This document shows, piece by piece, positions 1 through 7,914 of a stretch of 13,931 bases of DNA. This stretch comes from an uncultured bacterium (GTDB lineage: Bacteria; GCA-001730085), in NCBI GenBank assembly GCA_964565945.1, contig CAZMGY010000008.1:1-13931 (forward strand), written 5' to 3'. Position numbers and translations under genes: made by a program. Under the pieces are notes generated by a model, which was not told where the DNA came from, did no database searches, and worked only from the letters and a program-made list of their open reading frames with translations. Position 1 is the first letter of the stretch, and the number at the start of each line of letters is the position of its first letter.

Positions 1-1
1 T

Positions 2-733
2 ATTAATGTTGTGCGGCCTTCTGATGTTGCTGCGATGGAAAAGATTGACTTGGAGAAGAGCTTTTGGGATATTCTTAAAGCTGTGGAGGAGCCCCAAGAT
101 CTTATTGATGTTTTTAAGGTAGTGCATCAGGAAATGCGCACAACTGGTTGGGATAAGAATTTCCATCAAAGTTTGGAGGATGCTTTAAAGCATACACTTA
201 ATTTGGAGGAAGCTTATAAAAAGTTATTGCAAGTCCCAGAAAACGAAAGGCCTAAATGGTTTTCTGTTATGGAGGGAAATAAAGATCTATCTCTGCTCAA
301 GGAGTTGGAGATACTCAAACAGCTGTTTGATCGCTTGAGGCATATAAACGAGTTTGCGGACGACTTTAAGACGATACATGGAGAGTTACAATCGATTGAT
401 AAGAAGTGGTCTCAGAGGCTGCTCCCTTTAGCTATAAGCTTTGGGATGGATGAGAACTTAACCGTTTGCGTAGGTCAAATAGTTGGAAATCTAAGGTTTG
501 CGAGCGATGAAGCCGAGGCTAAAGCTTCTTTGCAAGCGCAATTAGTGAAACAAAATGGGCAAGTCTTTGATCATACTGATATGCTTAGGAATCTTTTGGA
601 TTTGTCTGATACAACATCCACAAAGCGACGGATGAAGGCTTTTCAAGAAATGATGAATAGCAACACGAATGTGGCTAAGAAAGTTGCCCAGTATTTGAGT
701 GGGCTTAACCAGCTTGTACAAGTCCACACTTAG
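2..733 (+). CDS. hypothetical protein, 5'-truncated by the window edge; helical-looking, no recognisable motif
   Basis: The frame is open from nt 2 to TAG at 731-733, with no stop before the GTG at 11 used by the ORF track. It is a long uninterrupted ORF in the same orientation as its neighbours. I recognise no catalytic or binding motif. Confidence 0.55.
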   Translation: MNVVRPSDVAAMEKIDLEKSFWDILKAVEEPQDLIDVFKVVHQEMRTTGWDKNFHQSLEDALKHTLNLEEAYKKLLQVPENERPKWFSVMEGNKDLSLLKELEILKQLFDRLRHINEFADDFKTIHGELQSIDKKWSQRLLPLAISFGMDENLTVCVGQIVGNLRFASDEAEAKASLQAQLVKQNGQVFDHTDMLRNLLDLSDTTSTKRRMKAFQEMMNSNTNVAKKVAQYLSGLNQLVQVHT

Positions 734-757
734 GCCTTGACTGAATAAAAAACAAGG

Positions 758-786
758 ATGACAAAAAATATTCCATCGCTTATAAT
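758..786 (+). promoter_or_regulatory. sigma70-like promoter candidate for rpmE
   Basis: ATGACA (758-763), a 17-nt spacer, then a perfect TATAAT (781-786), ending 36 nt upstream of the rpmE ATG. Sequence match only. Confidence 0.45.
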
Positions 787-822
787 ATCCCTTTGGAACT
801 TTGATGTTTGGAGGTTAGAAGC

Positions 823-1026
823 ATGCAGAAGGGGATTCATCCTGAATACGTGAATTGCACAATTACCTGTGCTTGTGGAAACGTCATCGAAAGTTTGTCG
901 ACCAAAAAGACCTACAAAGTCGATATTTGTTCGGCCTGTCATCCTTTTTACACAGGTCAGCAAAAAATTGTCGATACCGAGGGTCGTGTTGAACGTTTCA
1001 AAAAGCGTTACGGTCTTAAAAAATAA
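823..1026 (+). CDS. rpmE: 50S ribosomal protein L31 (Cys-containing, zinc-binding type)
   Basis: MQKGIHPEY... is the typical L31 N-terminus. Cys pairs C-x-C and C-x2-C are present, and the C-terminus reads [16 protein letters not shown] at 810-814 lies 8 nt before the ATG at 823. The TTG at 808 used by the ORF track overlaps this SD and is unlikely to be the start. Confidence 0.95.
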   Translation: MQKGIHPEYVNCTITCACGNVIESLSTKKTYKVDICSACHPFYTGQQKIVDTEGRVERFKKRYGLKK

Positions 1027-1042
1027 CGTGTTCAAGTTTTAA

Positions 1043-1080
1043 AAGCGCCATAAAGACATCTGTCTTGTGGTGCTTTTTGT
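1043..1080 (+). terminator. rho-independent terminator after rpmE
   Basis: An imperfect stem of about 14 bp (1043-1057 pairs with 1062-1075, with one bulge and G-U pairs) and a small loop, running into a T5 tract (1074-1078). Confidence 0.7.
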
Positions 1081-1108
1081 GTCTTAAGCTAGAGGGTGGA
1101 GCGTTCGT

Positions 1109-2191
1109 ATGTTTGATAAACTGATTGACGATCTTAAGCAGCGATTACAAAACCTAGAAGCCCGGTTGTTTGATCCTTGTGTGATTGGCGATCAAAAAAA
1201 GTTTGTTGAGATCAGCAAAGAGTACGCTCAGGTCAAACAAAAAATCGAGCTATCAGACAGGATTGGAAAGCTTCGAGATAATGTGGTCGAAGCTCAGGAA
1301 ATGTTCAAAGATCCTGAGAGCGACGATGATATTCGTACGATGGCCGAAGAAGAAATGGCTGAGGCCAAAGCGAAACTTCCCTTGCTCGAAAAAGAACTTA
1401 AATTATTATTTTTGCCCAAAGACGAAATGGGTGATCGCAATATTATTGTCGAAATTCGCGCTGGAACTGGGGGTGAGGAAGCCAGTTTGTTTTGCGAAGA
1501 GATTTTTTGCATGTATCAGCACTTTGCCGAAACAAACAAGTGGTCCTTTGAAATCATGGATTCGAATCGGACCGAGCTTGGTGGCTACAAAGAGATTATT
1601 TTTTCGATTGAGGGAGACGAAGTCTACCGTCGCATGCGTTACGAGTCGGGTACCCATCGCGTCCAACGTGTGCCTCAAACTGAATCGTCGGGGCGCATTC
1701 ACACGTCGGCAGTGACGGTGGCAGTTTTGCCCGAAGCGGAAGAAGTTGATATCGAGATTAATCTTAACGATTTGCGTATCGATGTTTATCGTTCCAGTGG
1801 TCCTGGAGGGCAAAGCGTGAATACCATGGATTCAGCGGTGCGGATCACTTATTTGCCCACTGGTTTGATTGTTCAGTGCCAAGATGGAAAGTCACAACGA
1901 AAAAACCGTTTGCAAGCAATGAAAGTGTTGCGGACACGTCTGTTGCAAGAAAAACAAGAAGCCGCTATAAAAGAACGAGCGGATGCGCGCAAATCTCAAG
2001 TGGGATCGGGTGACCGCAGTGAGAAAATTCGCACCTACAATTTTCCTCAGGGGCGGGTGACTGATCATCGTATTCCTTTAACGCTCTACAAATTGGAGGG
2101 TGTTTTGGGTGGACAAATCAAACCGTTCATTGAAGCTTTAATTGAAAAAGACTATGCGGCTGATATGGCAGATTTGGATATGGATTTATGA
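1109..2191 (+). CDS. prfA: peptide chain release factor 1
   Basis: GGQ motif ([10 protein letters not shown]). An RF1-type P-x-T tripeptide (RVPQTES). Full-length 360 aa. GGTGGAG SD ends 8 nt upstream of the ATG. Confidence 0.97.
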   Translation: MFDKLIDDLKQRLQNLEARLFDPCVIGDQKKFVEISKEYAQVKQKIELSDRIGKLRDNVVEAQEMFKDPESDDDIRTMAEEEMAEAKAKLPLLEKELKLLFLPKDEMGDRNIIVEIRAGTGGEEASLFCEEIFCMYQHFAETNKWSFEIMDSNRTELGGYKEIIFSIEGDEVYRRMRYESGTHRVQRVPQTESSGRIHTSAVTVAVLPEAEEVDIEINLNDLRIDVYRSSGPGGQSVNTMDSAVRITYLPTGLIVQCQDGKSQRKNRLQAMKVLRTRLLQEKQEAAIKERADARKSQVGSGDRSEKIRTYNFPQGRVTDHRIPLTLYKLEGVLGGQIKPFIEALIEKDYAADMADLDMDL

Positions 2192-3045
2192 GTGATTGGG
2201 CTTTAAGAGCCGCATGGCAATGGGGCACAGAGCAGTTGGTTTATGTGGAGCCGCAATTGGCCGAGAGTCATGCGCAAGACTTGCTTTTGCATGTCAGTCA
2301 GGCCGATGTTTACGATTTGATTCCTGCATCATCGGCCACACTTACAGCCGATCAGTGGTCCCTCTACCAACAATTGATCAAACAGCGCAAACAAGGACGC
2401 CCATTGCAATATATGCTAGGTTCGGTTCCGTTTATGGATGCCCACATTGAGGTTAATGAACATGTATTGATCCCTCGTCCCGAAACTGAACAATTGTGCG
2501 ATAGGATTGTCGAAAGTTGGCATGTAAACCCTCCTGAAACGATTTTAGATATATGCACAGGCTCGGGAGCGATTGCGATAGCTTTGGCGAAGCATTGGTC
2601 CGAGTCCGATGTTCTTGCTACCGACATTTCCTCCCCAGCTCTTGCTGTGGCAAAGCGCAATGCCAGGCTTAATGCCTGCGAGCAGATACGTTGGATTCAT
2701 AGTGATGTTTGGCAAAATGTGACGGGGAACTATGATTTGATTGTCTCGAATCCGCCTTATGTGAGTGACCACGAGATGGATGCATTACCTTTGGCAGTTA
2801 AGCAGTATGAACCCCATTTGGCTTTGGCCAGTGGTCGGGATGGAGGGGATGTTTATCGTCGTCTTTTAGCTGAAGCGGCTTTATTTTTGAATCCTGGTGG
2901 ATGGTTAACCTTAGAGATTGGCGAGCATCAAGCCGAATTACTCCAATCCTTGGCTCAACAGTACGATTGGCCGACTGTTGAAGTGAAGCAAGATTATCAA
3001 GGCAAGGATCGTTTTGTATTTTTGTCGAGGATGGAGGGCTCTTAA
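2188..3045 (+). CDS. prmC: release-factor glutamine N5-methyltransferase (HemK/PrmC)
   Basis: NPPY catalytic motif (IVSNPPYV). SAM-binding motif [16 protein letters not shown] overlap with the prfA stop. Classic prfA-prmC pairing. Confidence 0.93.
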   Translation: MSDWALRAAWQWGTEQLVYVEPQLAESHAQDLLLHVSQADVYDLIPASSATLTADQWSLYQQLIKQRKQGRPLQYMLGSVPFMDAHIEVNEHVLIPRPETEQLCDRIVESWHVNPPETILDICTGSGAIAIALAKHWSESDVLATDISSPALAVAKRNARLNACEQIRWIHSDVWQNVTGNYDLIVSNPPYVSDHEMDALPLAVKQYEPHLALASGRDGGDVYRRLLAEAALFLNPGGWLTLEIGEHQAELLQSLAQQYDWPTVEVKQDYQGKDRFVFLSRMEGS

Positions 3046-4319
3046 TGGATCACATGCGCATTGAGGGAGGTGTGGTTTTGCGTGGACAGGTAGCTGTCAG
3101 TGGGGCCAAAAATTCCGCCTTACCTTTGTTGGCGGCAAGTCTTTTGTCGCAAGGTTCCTGCCGTTTGCTAAATGTTCCGGATTTGGTCGATATCCGCACC
3201 ATGATTCAGCTCTTGCTTGCTTTGGGCAGTGATGTGTCCTTTGAAAATCATACAATTGTGACTCAAGTGAGGGATGAAAGTCATAACGAATCCTCCTACG
3301 ATTTGGTGCAACGGATGAGGGCTTCGATCTGTGTGTTGGGTCCTTTATTGGCTAAGCGAGGCCAGGCACGTGTTTCGTTTCCTGGTGGCTGTGTGATTGG
3401 ACCGCGTCCGATTGATCTTCATTTAAAAGGACTCAGGGCTTTAGGGGCTCAGATTGATATACGGGAGGGTTATTTGGAAGCTTCCTGTTCAAAACTGGTT
3501 GGAGCCGAGATGGATTTGCAAGGGCTGTTTGGCTCGAGCGTTCTTGCTACAGCTAACACACTGATGGCGGCAACTTTGGCTTTAGGAACGACGGTGATTC
3601 ATTCGGCCGCTCGTGAGCCCGAAATTATTGATCTGTGCCATTTTTTACAAGGAATGGGAGCCAAAGTGTCTGGAGTGGGAACGGATGTTTTAGAAATTGA
3701 AGGTGTCAGTTCTTTGCAAGGCTATGAGTATTGCGTGATTACTGATCGGATCGAAGCGGGGACATTGCTTTTAGCCGCGGTTATTACAGAGGGGGATGTG
3801 ACGTTGACTAACGTGGCGCCGTCCCATATGATGGCTTTTTTGGATGTTGTGAGCTCTATGGGGCAAGATGTAGCTGTGGATGACCAGTCGATTCGTGTAC
3901 GAGGGCGTCGTCCGATTCAGCCAATTGACTTAAAAACAAAGCCTTATCCGCAGTTCCCGACTGATCTTCAAGCTCAGTTGATGAGCACTTTGTGCCTGGC
4001 TCAGGGCTATAGTAGGATAGAAGAAGGTATTTATCCTGGTCGCTTCATGCATGTGCCAGAGCTTAATCGCATGGGGGCTCAAATTACCTTATCGGGGTCT
4101 CAGGCTGTTATTCAAGGTCTTGTGAGGCTTAAAGGCGCTCAGGTGATGTCTTCGGATTTGCGAGCGAGTGCTGCATTGGTTTTGGCAGGTTTAGCGGCTA
4201 AGGGAACCAGTTATGTGTCGCGCATTTATCATCTGGATCGTGGCTATGAGCAGTTGGAAGTCAAATTAAGACAGCTCGGTGCTTGCATTGAGCGCGTATC
4301 TGAAAATGTAGGCGTATGA
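3045..4319 (+). CDS. murA: UDP-N-acetylglucosamine 1-carboxyvinyltransferase
   Basis: N-terminal SGAKNSALPLLAASLL. Active-site loop FPGGCVIGPRPIDLH with Cys116. 424 aa. The start overlaps the prmC stop (TAATG). Confidence 0.97.
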   Translation: MDHMRIEGGVVLRGQVAVSGAKNSALPLLAASLLSQGSCRLLNVPDLVDIRTMIQLLLALGSDVSFENHTIVTQVRDESHNESSYDLVQRMRASICVLGPLLAKRGQARVSFPGGCVIGPRPIDLHLKGLRALGAQIDIREGYLEASCSKLVGAEMDLQGLFGSSVLATANTLMAATLALGTTVIHSAAREPEIIDLCHFLQGMGAKVSGVGTDVLEIEGVSSLQGYEYCVITDRIEAGTLLLAAVITEGDVTLTNVAPSHMMAFLDVVSSMGQDVAVDDQSIRVRGRRPIQPIDLKTKPYPQFPTDLQAQLMSTLCLAQGYSRIEEGIYPGRFMHVPELNRMGAQITLSGSQAVIQGLVRLKGAQVMSSDLRASAALVLAGLAAKGTSYVSRIYHLDRGYEQLEVKLRQLGACIERVSENVGV

Positions 4320-5017
4320 AGTCGTTGGCCGATTGCATTATTGTTGCGTTAGATGTGGATACCATGAAGCAAGTTCAGGACTTGGTTCTTGACTTGAAAG
4401 GTTTGGTGGGAACTTTTAAGGTGGGTAAACAATTATTCACTGCGCTTGGGCCTTCTGTGCTTGAGTGGATCCATTCTCAAGGAGAAAAAGTTTTTCTCGA
4501 CCTTAAATTTCATGATATTCCAAACACGGTGGCACAAGCTTGTCGTGTATCGGTCGAGAAGGGTGTGTTTATGTTGAATGTGCATGCTTCGGGTGGTTCT
4601 GCCATGATGAATCAGGCGGCTGAGGCTGTTCAGCAAAGTGGCTCGAATTGTTTATTGATTGGTGTAACAGTGTTAACCAGCCTGTCGGAGCAAGAACTTG
4701 CCGAAGATGTGTCGTGCCGTTTGAGCTTGAAAAATCAAGTGGTTCATTTAGCCCAATTGGCCCAAAAGAATGGTTTGCAAGGAGTGGTGGCTTCTCCTCA
4801 TGAAATTGCATTGATTCGTCAGGCCTGTGGAGAGAGCTTTATCATTGTGACGCCTGGTGTTAGACCTTCGTGGGCGGGGCGTGATGATCAAACACGTGTG
4901 ATGACTCCTGGAGAAGCGTTGACGGCAGGGGCTGACTATGTGGTAATTGGTCGGCCGATCACTCAGGCAAATAATCCCAAAGCGGCTATTAAGCGTATCT
5001 TTGAAGAAAATATTTGA
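4316..5017 (+). CDS. pyrF: orotidine 5'-phosphate decarboxylase
   Basis: IVALDV near the N-terminus and the signature DLKFHDIPNTV. Also VIGRPI near the C-terminus. ATGA overlap with the murA stop. Confidence 0.95.
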   Translation: MKSLADCIIVALDVDTMKQVQDLVLDLKGLVGTFKVGKQLFTALGPSVLEWIHSQGEKVFLDLKFHDIPNTVAQACRVSVEKGVFMLNVHASGGSAMMNQAAEAVQQSGSNCLLIGVTVLTSLSEQELAEDVSCRLSLKNQVVHLAQLAQKNGLQGVVASPHEIALIRQACGESFIIVTPGVRPSWAGRDDQTRVMTPGEALTAGADYVVIGRPITQANNPKAAIKRIFEENI

Positions 5018-5018
5018 G

Positions 5019-5047
5019 TGGATCCCATGATCAAGTCGCGGGATCCA
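5019..5047 (+). repeat. perfect 8-bp inverted repeat (hairpin) immediately after the pyrF stop
   Basis: TGGATCCC (5019-5026) and GGGATCCA (5040-5047) with a 13-nt loop. No T-tract follows, so it is not a canonical terminator. It could be an RNA stability or processing element between pyrF and pyrE. Confidence 0.35.
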
Positions 5048-5095
5048 TCGGTTTAAGGGTTTATATGAATAAATCAAATTAAAGGACCGCATGGA

Positions 5096-5680
5096 ATGAA
5101 TACGCAAGAACAAGTACTGGCCACATTCATTGAACATCAAGCCTATCTTAAAGGGCACTTTGTCTTATCGTCAGGGCAACATAGCGAAGGTTATATGCAA
5201 TGTGCTCGTGTGTTGCAAGATCCCCAGATAGCGGAAAGTTATGGACAAGCATTGTTCCAAGATTTAGAGATGCAGAACTTGGAATGGAATTACGCGATTG
5301 GACCTGCGATGGGAGGTTTAATCATTGGTCATGAGGTAGCCAGAGCTTCTCAAGTTCCGTTTCTGTTTATGGAGCGCGTTGAGGGTCAAATGACTTTGCG
5401 AAGAGGTTTTGAGCTTACTTCGGGGGACCGTGTGGTTGTGGTTGAGGATGTTGTGACCACTGGTGGATCGGTTAAGGAAGTAATAGAGCAGCTCAAGCAG
5501 AGTGGGATCCAGGTGATAGCTGTGGTGGCGGTAATTGATCGCAGTGGAGGTGAGGCTGATTTTGGTGTTCCTTTTGCTTGTTTAGCCAGTCTAAAGATTC
5601 AAACCTATAATGCGGACGCCTGCCCTTTGTGTGAGCAAGGTTTGGATCTTATCAAGCCTGGAAGTCGCAGTTTTAAGTGA
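5096..5680 (+). CDS. pyrE: orotate phosphoribosyltransferase
   Basis: PRPP-binding motif VVVVEDVVTTGGS. N-terminal GHFVLSSGQHS typical of OPRTase. 194 aa. Confidence 0.93.
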   Translation: MNTQEQVLATFIEHQAYLKGHFVLSSGQHSEGYMQCARVLQDPQIAESYGQALFQDLEMQNLEWNYAIGPAMGGLIIGHEVARASQVPFLFMERVEGQMTLRRGFELTSGDRVVVVEDVVTTGGSVKEVIEQLKQSGIQVIAVVAVIDRSGGEADFGVPFACLASLKIQTYNADACPLCEQGLDLIKPGSRSFK

Positions 5681-5703
5681 ATCGTTTAAGCAGAACGAGT
5701 AAG

Positions 5704-5743
5704 GCTAGCTGGAGGCTGTCCCAGAGGTGCTAGCAGTTTTTGT
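5704..5743 (+). terminator. rho-independent terminator after pyrE
   Basis: GCTAGC (5704-5709) pairs with GCTAGC (5729-5734), with an inner CTGG/CCAG pairing. A T5 tract follows at 5737-5741. Confidence 0.55.
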
Positions 5744-5783
5744 GTCTTCACCAATTCCTGCTTGAGTTAGCAACCCAAGCTAA

Positions 5784-5806
5784 GGATGCGATTATAACAA
5801 GCATCC
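5784..5806 (-). terminator. hairpin downstream of trmB (weak terminator candidate)
   Basis: GGATGC (5784-5789) and GCATCC (5801-5806) with an 11-nt loop, about 30 nt after the trmB stop on the minus strand. There is no clear U-tract. Confidence 0.3.
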
Positions 5807-5836
5807 GTTATCATAATCTAGATTTAGACTATAGAA

Positions 5837-6433
5837 TTATTTATGAAGTTGAATAAAGGAAAAGGACCGTCCCTCTTTATGATATTTAACTTCGTAGCTG
5901 GTGGGACAGGCTGGAAAAAGTTCGCGAAGGTTGGAATGGTGAATGCGGCTCCAAGTTGAAGAGGCGGTATAGATGGCGTTTTGGATACAGCTGTAATAGT
6001 CCAAAAAATCGGTTCCGATATAGAGGATTCCTCCTGGTTTAAGGCGTCGATGGACGAGATCGATAAACGGTGCTTGGAGCAGACGTCGTTTACGGTGTTT
6101 TTTTTTAGGCCAAGGATCGGGGAAGTAAATATGACAAACATCAATGCATTCATCCCATAAGACATCTTCGAAGAATGAGAAAGCTTCACCTTTTAAAAAG
6201 CGAACATTGGGTCTTTGATATTTAAGGTAGCGTTCTAGGGCAACTTTTATCCACTTCCAGGACCAATCCATGCCCAGAAATTGGTGGTCTTCTGCTTCTT
6301 GGGATCGGTGGAGCAAAAAGAGGTCTTTGCCGCAACCAATTTCGAGTTCAAATGGACGTTGGTTGAGCCAATTTTTAAGCACAGCTTGATTAGCTGAAAG
6401 CATCAGTTTAGATTGCTCGTCATTGATGATCAT
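5837..6433 (-). CDS. trmB: tRNA (guanine46-N7)-methyltransferase
   Basis: LEIGCGKD SAM motif and the highly characteristic FPDPWPKKKHRKRRL motif. ATGA overlap with the upstream methyltransferase stop. Confidence 0.93.
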   Translation of the reverse strand: MIINDEQSKLMLSANQAVLKNWLNQRPFELEIGCGKDLFLLHRSQEAEDHQFLGMDWSWKWIKVALERYLKYQRPNVRFLKGEAFSFFEDVLWDECIDVCHIYFPDPWPKKKHRKRRLLQAPFIDLVHRRLKPGGILYIGTDFLDYYSCIQNAIYTASSTWSRIHHSNLRELFPACPTSYEVKYHKEGRSFSFIQLHK

Positions 6434-7470
6434 TGTTTAGGTTCCAAAACAACTAAAGTTTCGAGGTGATGAGTTTGCGGAAAAAAGTCCATCGGTTGAA
6501 CATGATGGAGTTGCCAATGGTCTTGGCATAAGTCTTGCAAGTCACGTACTAAAGATTTGGGATTGCAAGACAAATAGAGCAAGATGTCCAAATGTGGGAT
6601 CGCTTGTTTGAGAGTGTCCCGAACAGCGCTACTTAGGCCTTTCCGTGGGGGGTCAATCAGAACCATCACGTGTTCTCCTTTTGCGAGAAACAGGATGTCT
6701 GGAAGTGCTGTTTCGACCTGTTGTTCCAGAGCTTTTACGTGGGACAATTGATGATAGGCAATGTTGTGCTTGGCTAAGGCATGCGAAGCCTTGTTGTCTT
6801 CAATAAGAATGACCCGTTCAAAGTGATCGGCTAGGGATAAGCCAAAGAGACCTACACCCGAATAGAGGTCCAAAAAGATCGATTTAGGATAGGGCTCGAT
6901 CAAATCCTGAATGCACTGCATTACAGAAGGAAGAATATGCAAATTGGCCTGAAAGAATGTTTCCATGGCATAAAAGATACGGAGACCATGGATATCGGTG
7001 TACATATAATCGCTTGGAACCATTTTGAGCGAGCCGCGTCCAATGCCACCCCAATATACTTTTTGATTGTCACCACTGCGAATGGTTAGATTGGCGCGTT
7101 TATATTTTTCGGGCCATTGGGTGATGGCGTCTTGTTTAAGTTGAGGAATAAAGTTAGATATTTCTTGACGCGCAATGGGGCAGGCGTCGACTTCGAGGAT
7201 ATTTTTGCGTCCTTGTGGCGAATAGCCCATGGCGAAGGTTTGATCTTTGCGACGGATGATGGTTAAGTCGATACGGTGACGGGTATGGTAAGGTTGAGGC
7301 GAGGGAAGGACATCTTGCACGATATCTGAAGGGATTGGGTATGTTGTGGCGAAAAGATCAATCAAGTTTTGTTTTTTAAGGCGTAATTGCTCGTCGTAAG
7401 GGGTATCTTGATAGCTACAACCGCCGCAAGTACCAAAAAGTGCGCATTGAACTAAAGGCGTGGTTAACAT
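6430..7470 (-). CDS. RNA (uracil-5-)-methyltransferase, RumA/RlmC/TrmA family, [4Fe-4S]-type, no TRAM domain
   Basis: N-terminal CALFGTCGGC plus a later ACPIA gives the RumA-type four-Cys cluster pattern. DPPRKGL motif. Catalytic YLSCNP motif. 346 aa. The substrate (rRNA versus tRNA U54) cannot be decided from sequence. Confidence 0.85.
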   Translation of the reverse strand: MLTTPLVQCALFGTCGGCSYQDTPYDEQLRLKKQNLIDLFATTYPIPSDIVQDVLPSPQPYHTRHRIDLTIIRRKDQTFAMGYSPQGRKNILEVDACPIARQEISNFIPQLKQDAITQWPEKYKRANLTIRSGDNQKVYWGGIGRGSLKMVPSDYMYTDIHGLRIFYAMETFFQANLHILPSVMQCIQDLIEPYPKSIFLDLYSGVGLFGLSLADHFERVILIEDNKASHALAKHNIAYHQLSHVKALEQQVETALPDILFLAKGEHVMVLIDPPRKGLSSAVRDTLKQAIPHLDILLYLSCNPKSLVRDLQDLCQDHWQLHHVQPMDFFPQTHHLETLVVLEPKQ

Positions 7471-7472
7471 GT

Positions 7473-7537
7473 GGGTTCAAATCCCTCTCTCTTCAAAAAA
7501 GCACGTTTTTTTTTCGGAGAGAGAGGGATTTGAACCC
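7473..7537. repeat. 65-nt near-perfect inverted repeat: an inverted copy of the tRNA-Ser 3' end facing the real 3' end
   Basis: 7473-7492 (GGGTTCAAATCCCTCTCTCT) is the exact reverse complement of 7518-7537. The pairing extends by a G-U and a G-C pair (7493/7517, 7494/7516). After one mismatch there are five A-T pairs (7496-7500 with 7510-7514) around a 9-nt loop. Confidence 0.9.
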
Positions 7538-7601
7538 TCGGAACGTGTAAACGTTCACACGCTTTCCAAGCGTGCTCGATCGGCCACTCTGACACCTCTC
7601 C
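7515..7601 (-). tRNA. tRNA-Ser (anticodon GGA), class II with long variable arm, CCA not encoded
   Basis: Read on the minus strand:
- Acceptor stem GGAGAGG/TCTCTCC.
- Anticodon stem-loop CACGC-TTGGAAA-GCGTG.
- Variable arm GAACGT-TTAC-ACGTTC.
- T-arm GAGGG-TTCAAAT-CCCTC.
- Discriminator G.
Total 87 nt. Confidence 0.93.
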
Positions 7602-7656
7602 AAAAAATTGAAAACAAGGTCATATTGTAGCAAATTTATTAGGCAAATACTAAGCA

Positions 7657-7884
7657 TTATCCTATCTCTCGATACGGTAAAGTAAAGTTGGGATTATCAG
7701 GGAAGTTGAGTTCGCCAAATTTACGCAGGTGCTCAAAGAACTTTTGTGTTGGTTTTTCTTCTGGATCAAACAACATTTTAATGTTGTAAAATTCAGTATC
7801 ACCAGGCTTGTAGGCTCTTGGTTCGTCTAAGTTAAAATAGTCAAGGGTAAATGGCCCTGTTTTAGTTTCAATATAGTTGCTCAT
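7657..7884 (-). CDS. short ORF resembling the N-terminus of phage gp2.5/DUF2815-type ssDNA-binding proteins; probably a truncated gene
   Basis: TGPFTLDYFNLDEPRAYKPGDTEFYNIKMLFDPEE follows the pattern I recall for that family: G-x-hydrophobic-x-L-x-Y/F-x-N-L-x-EP, then Y-x-hydrophobic-x-L-hydrophobic. GAGGA SD lies 7 nt upstream. At 75 aa it is far shorter than my recollection of that family, and it stops 55 nt from the tRNA. Confidence 0.4.
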   Translation of the reverse strand: MSNYIETKTGPFTLDYFNLDEPRAYKPGDTEFYNIKMLFDPEEKPTQKFFEHLRKFGELNFPDNPNFTLPYREIG

Positions 7885-7914
7885 TGAGTTTCCTCACTTT
7901 CTCTTTTTCTTGTG

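Noticed and set aside
808-822. Upstream alternative starts used by the ORF track: TTG 808 for rpmE and, likewise, TTG 9293 for exbB.
   Set aside because: In both cases the extension overlaps the SD sequence that properly serves the downstream ATG (823 and 9308). The L31 family N-terminus begins at MQKGIHPEY.
542-1035. Minus-strand ORFs 542-727 (61 aa) and 730-1035 (101 aa).
   Set aside because: They are antisense to the first ORF and to rpmE, whose frame carries unmistakable L31 motifs. They have no SD and no recognisable sequence features.
1185-1813. ORFs 1185-1715 (+), 1294-1512 (-) and 1406-1813 (-).
   Set aside because: All are embedded in prfA in other frames. The prfA frame carries the GGQ and P-x-T motifs. 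The alternatives are low-complexity, Ser/Lys/Arg-rich off-frame translations.
2196-2772. ORFs 2196-2450 (+), 2364-2660 (-) and 2545-2772 (-).
   Set aside because: They lie inside prmC, whose frame carries the NPPY and SAM motifs. They are shadow ORFs.
4433-5158. Minus-strand ORFs 4433-4636, 4569-4811 and 4748-5158.
   Set aside because: They are antisense to pyrF and the pyrE start, both of which carry strong family signatures. No independent support.
5711-5734. GTCCCAGAGGTGC in the pyrE terminator loop resembles the PyrR-binding motif (UCCAGAGAGG).
   Set aside because: The match is imperfect. The element lies downstream of pyrE rather than in a leader. No antiterminator or anti-antiterminator alternative is visible. 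Probably coincidence.
5824-6189. Minus-strand ORF of 121 aa.
   Set aside because: It is an alternative frame inside trmB. The trmB frame contains the FPDPWPKKKH motif.
7576-7592. The tRNA-Ser D-stem appears to have an A-C mismatch (third pair of the 3-bp stem, 7590 versus 7578).
   Set aside because: A single non-canonical pair is within normal tRNA variation, and the rest of the cloverleaf is intact. It needs a covariance-model score before it can be called unusual.
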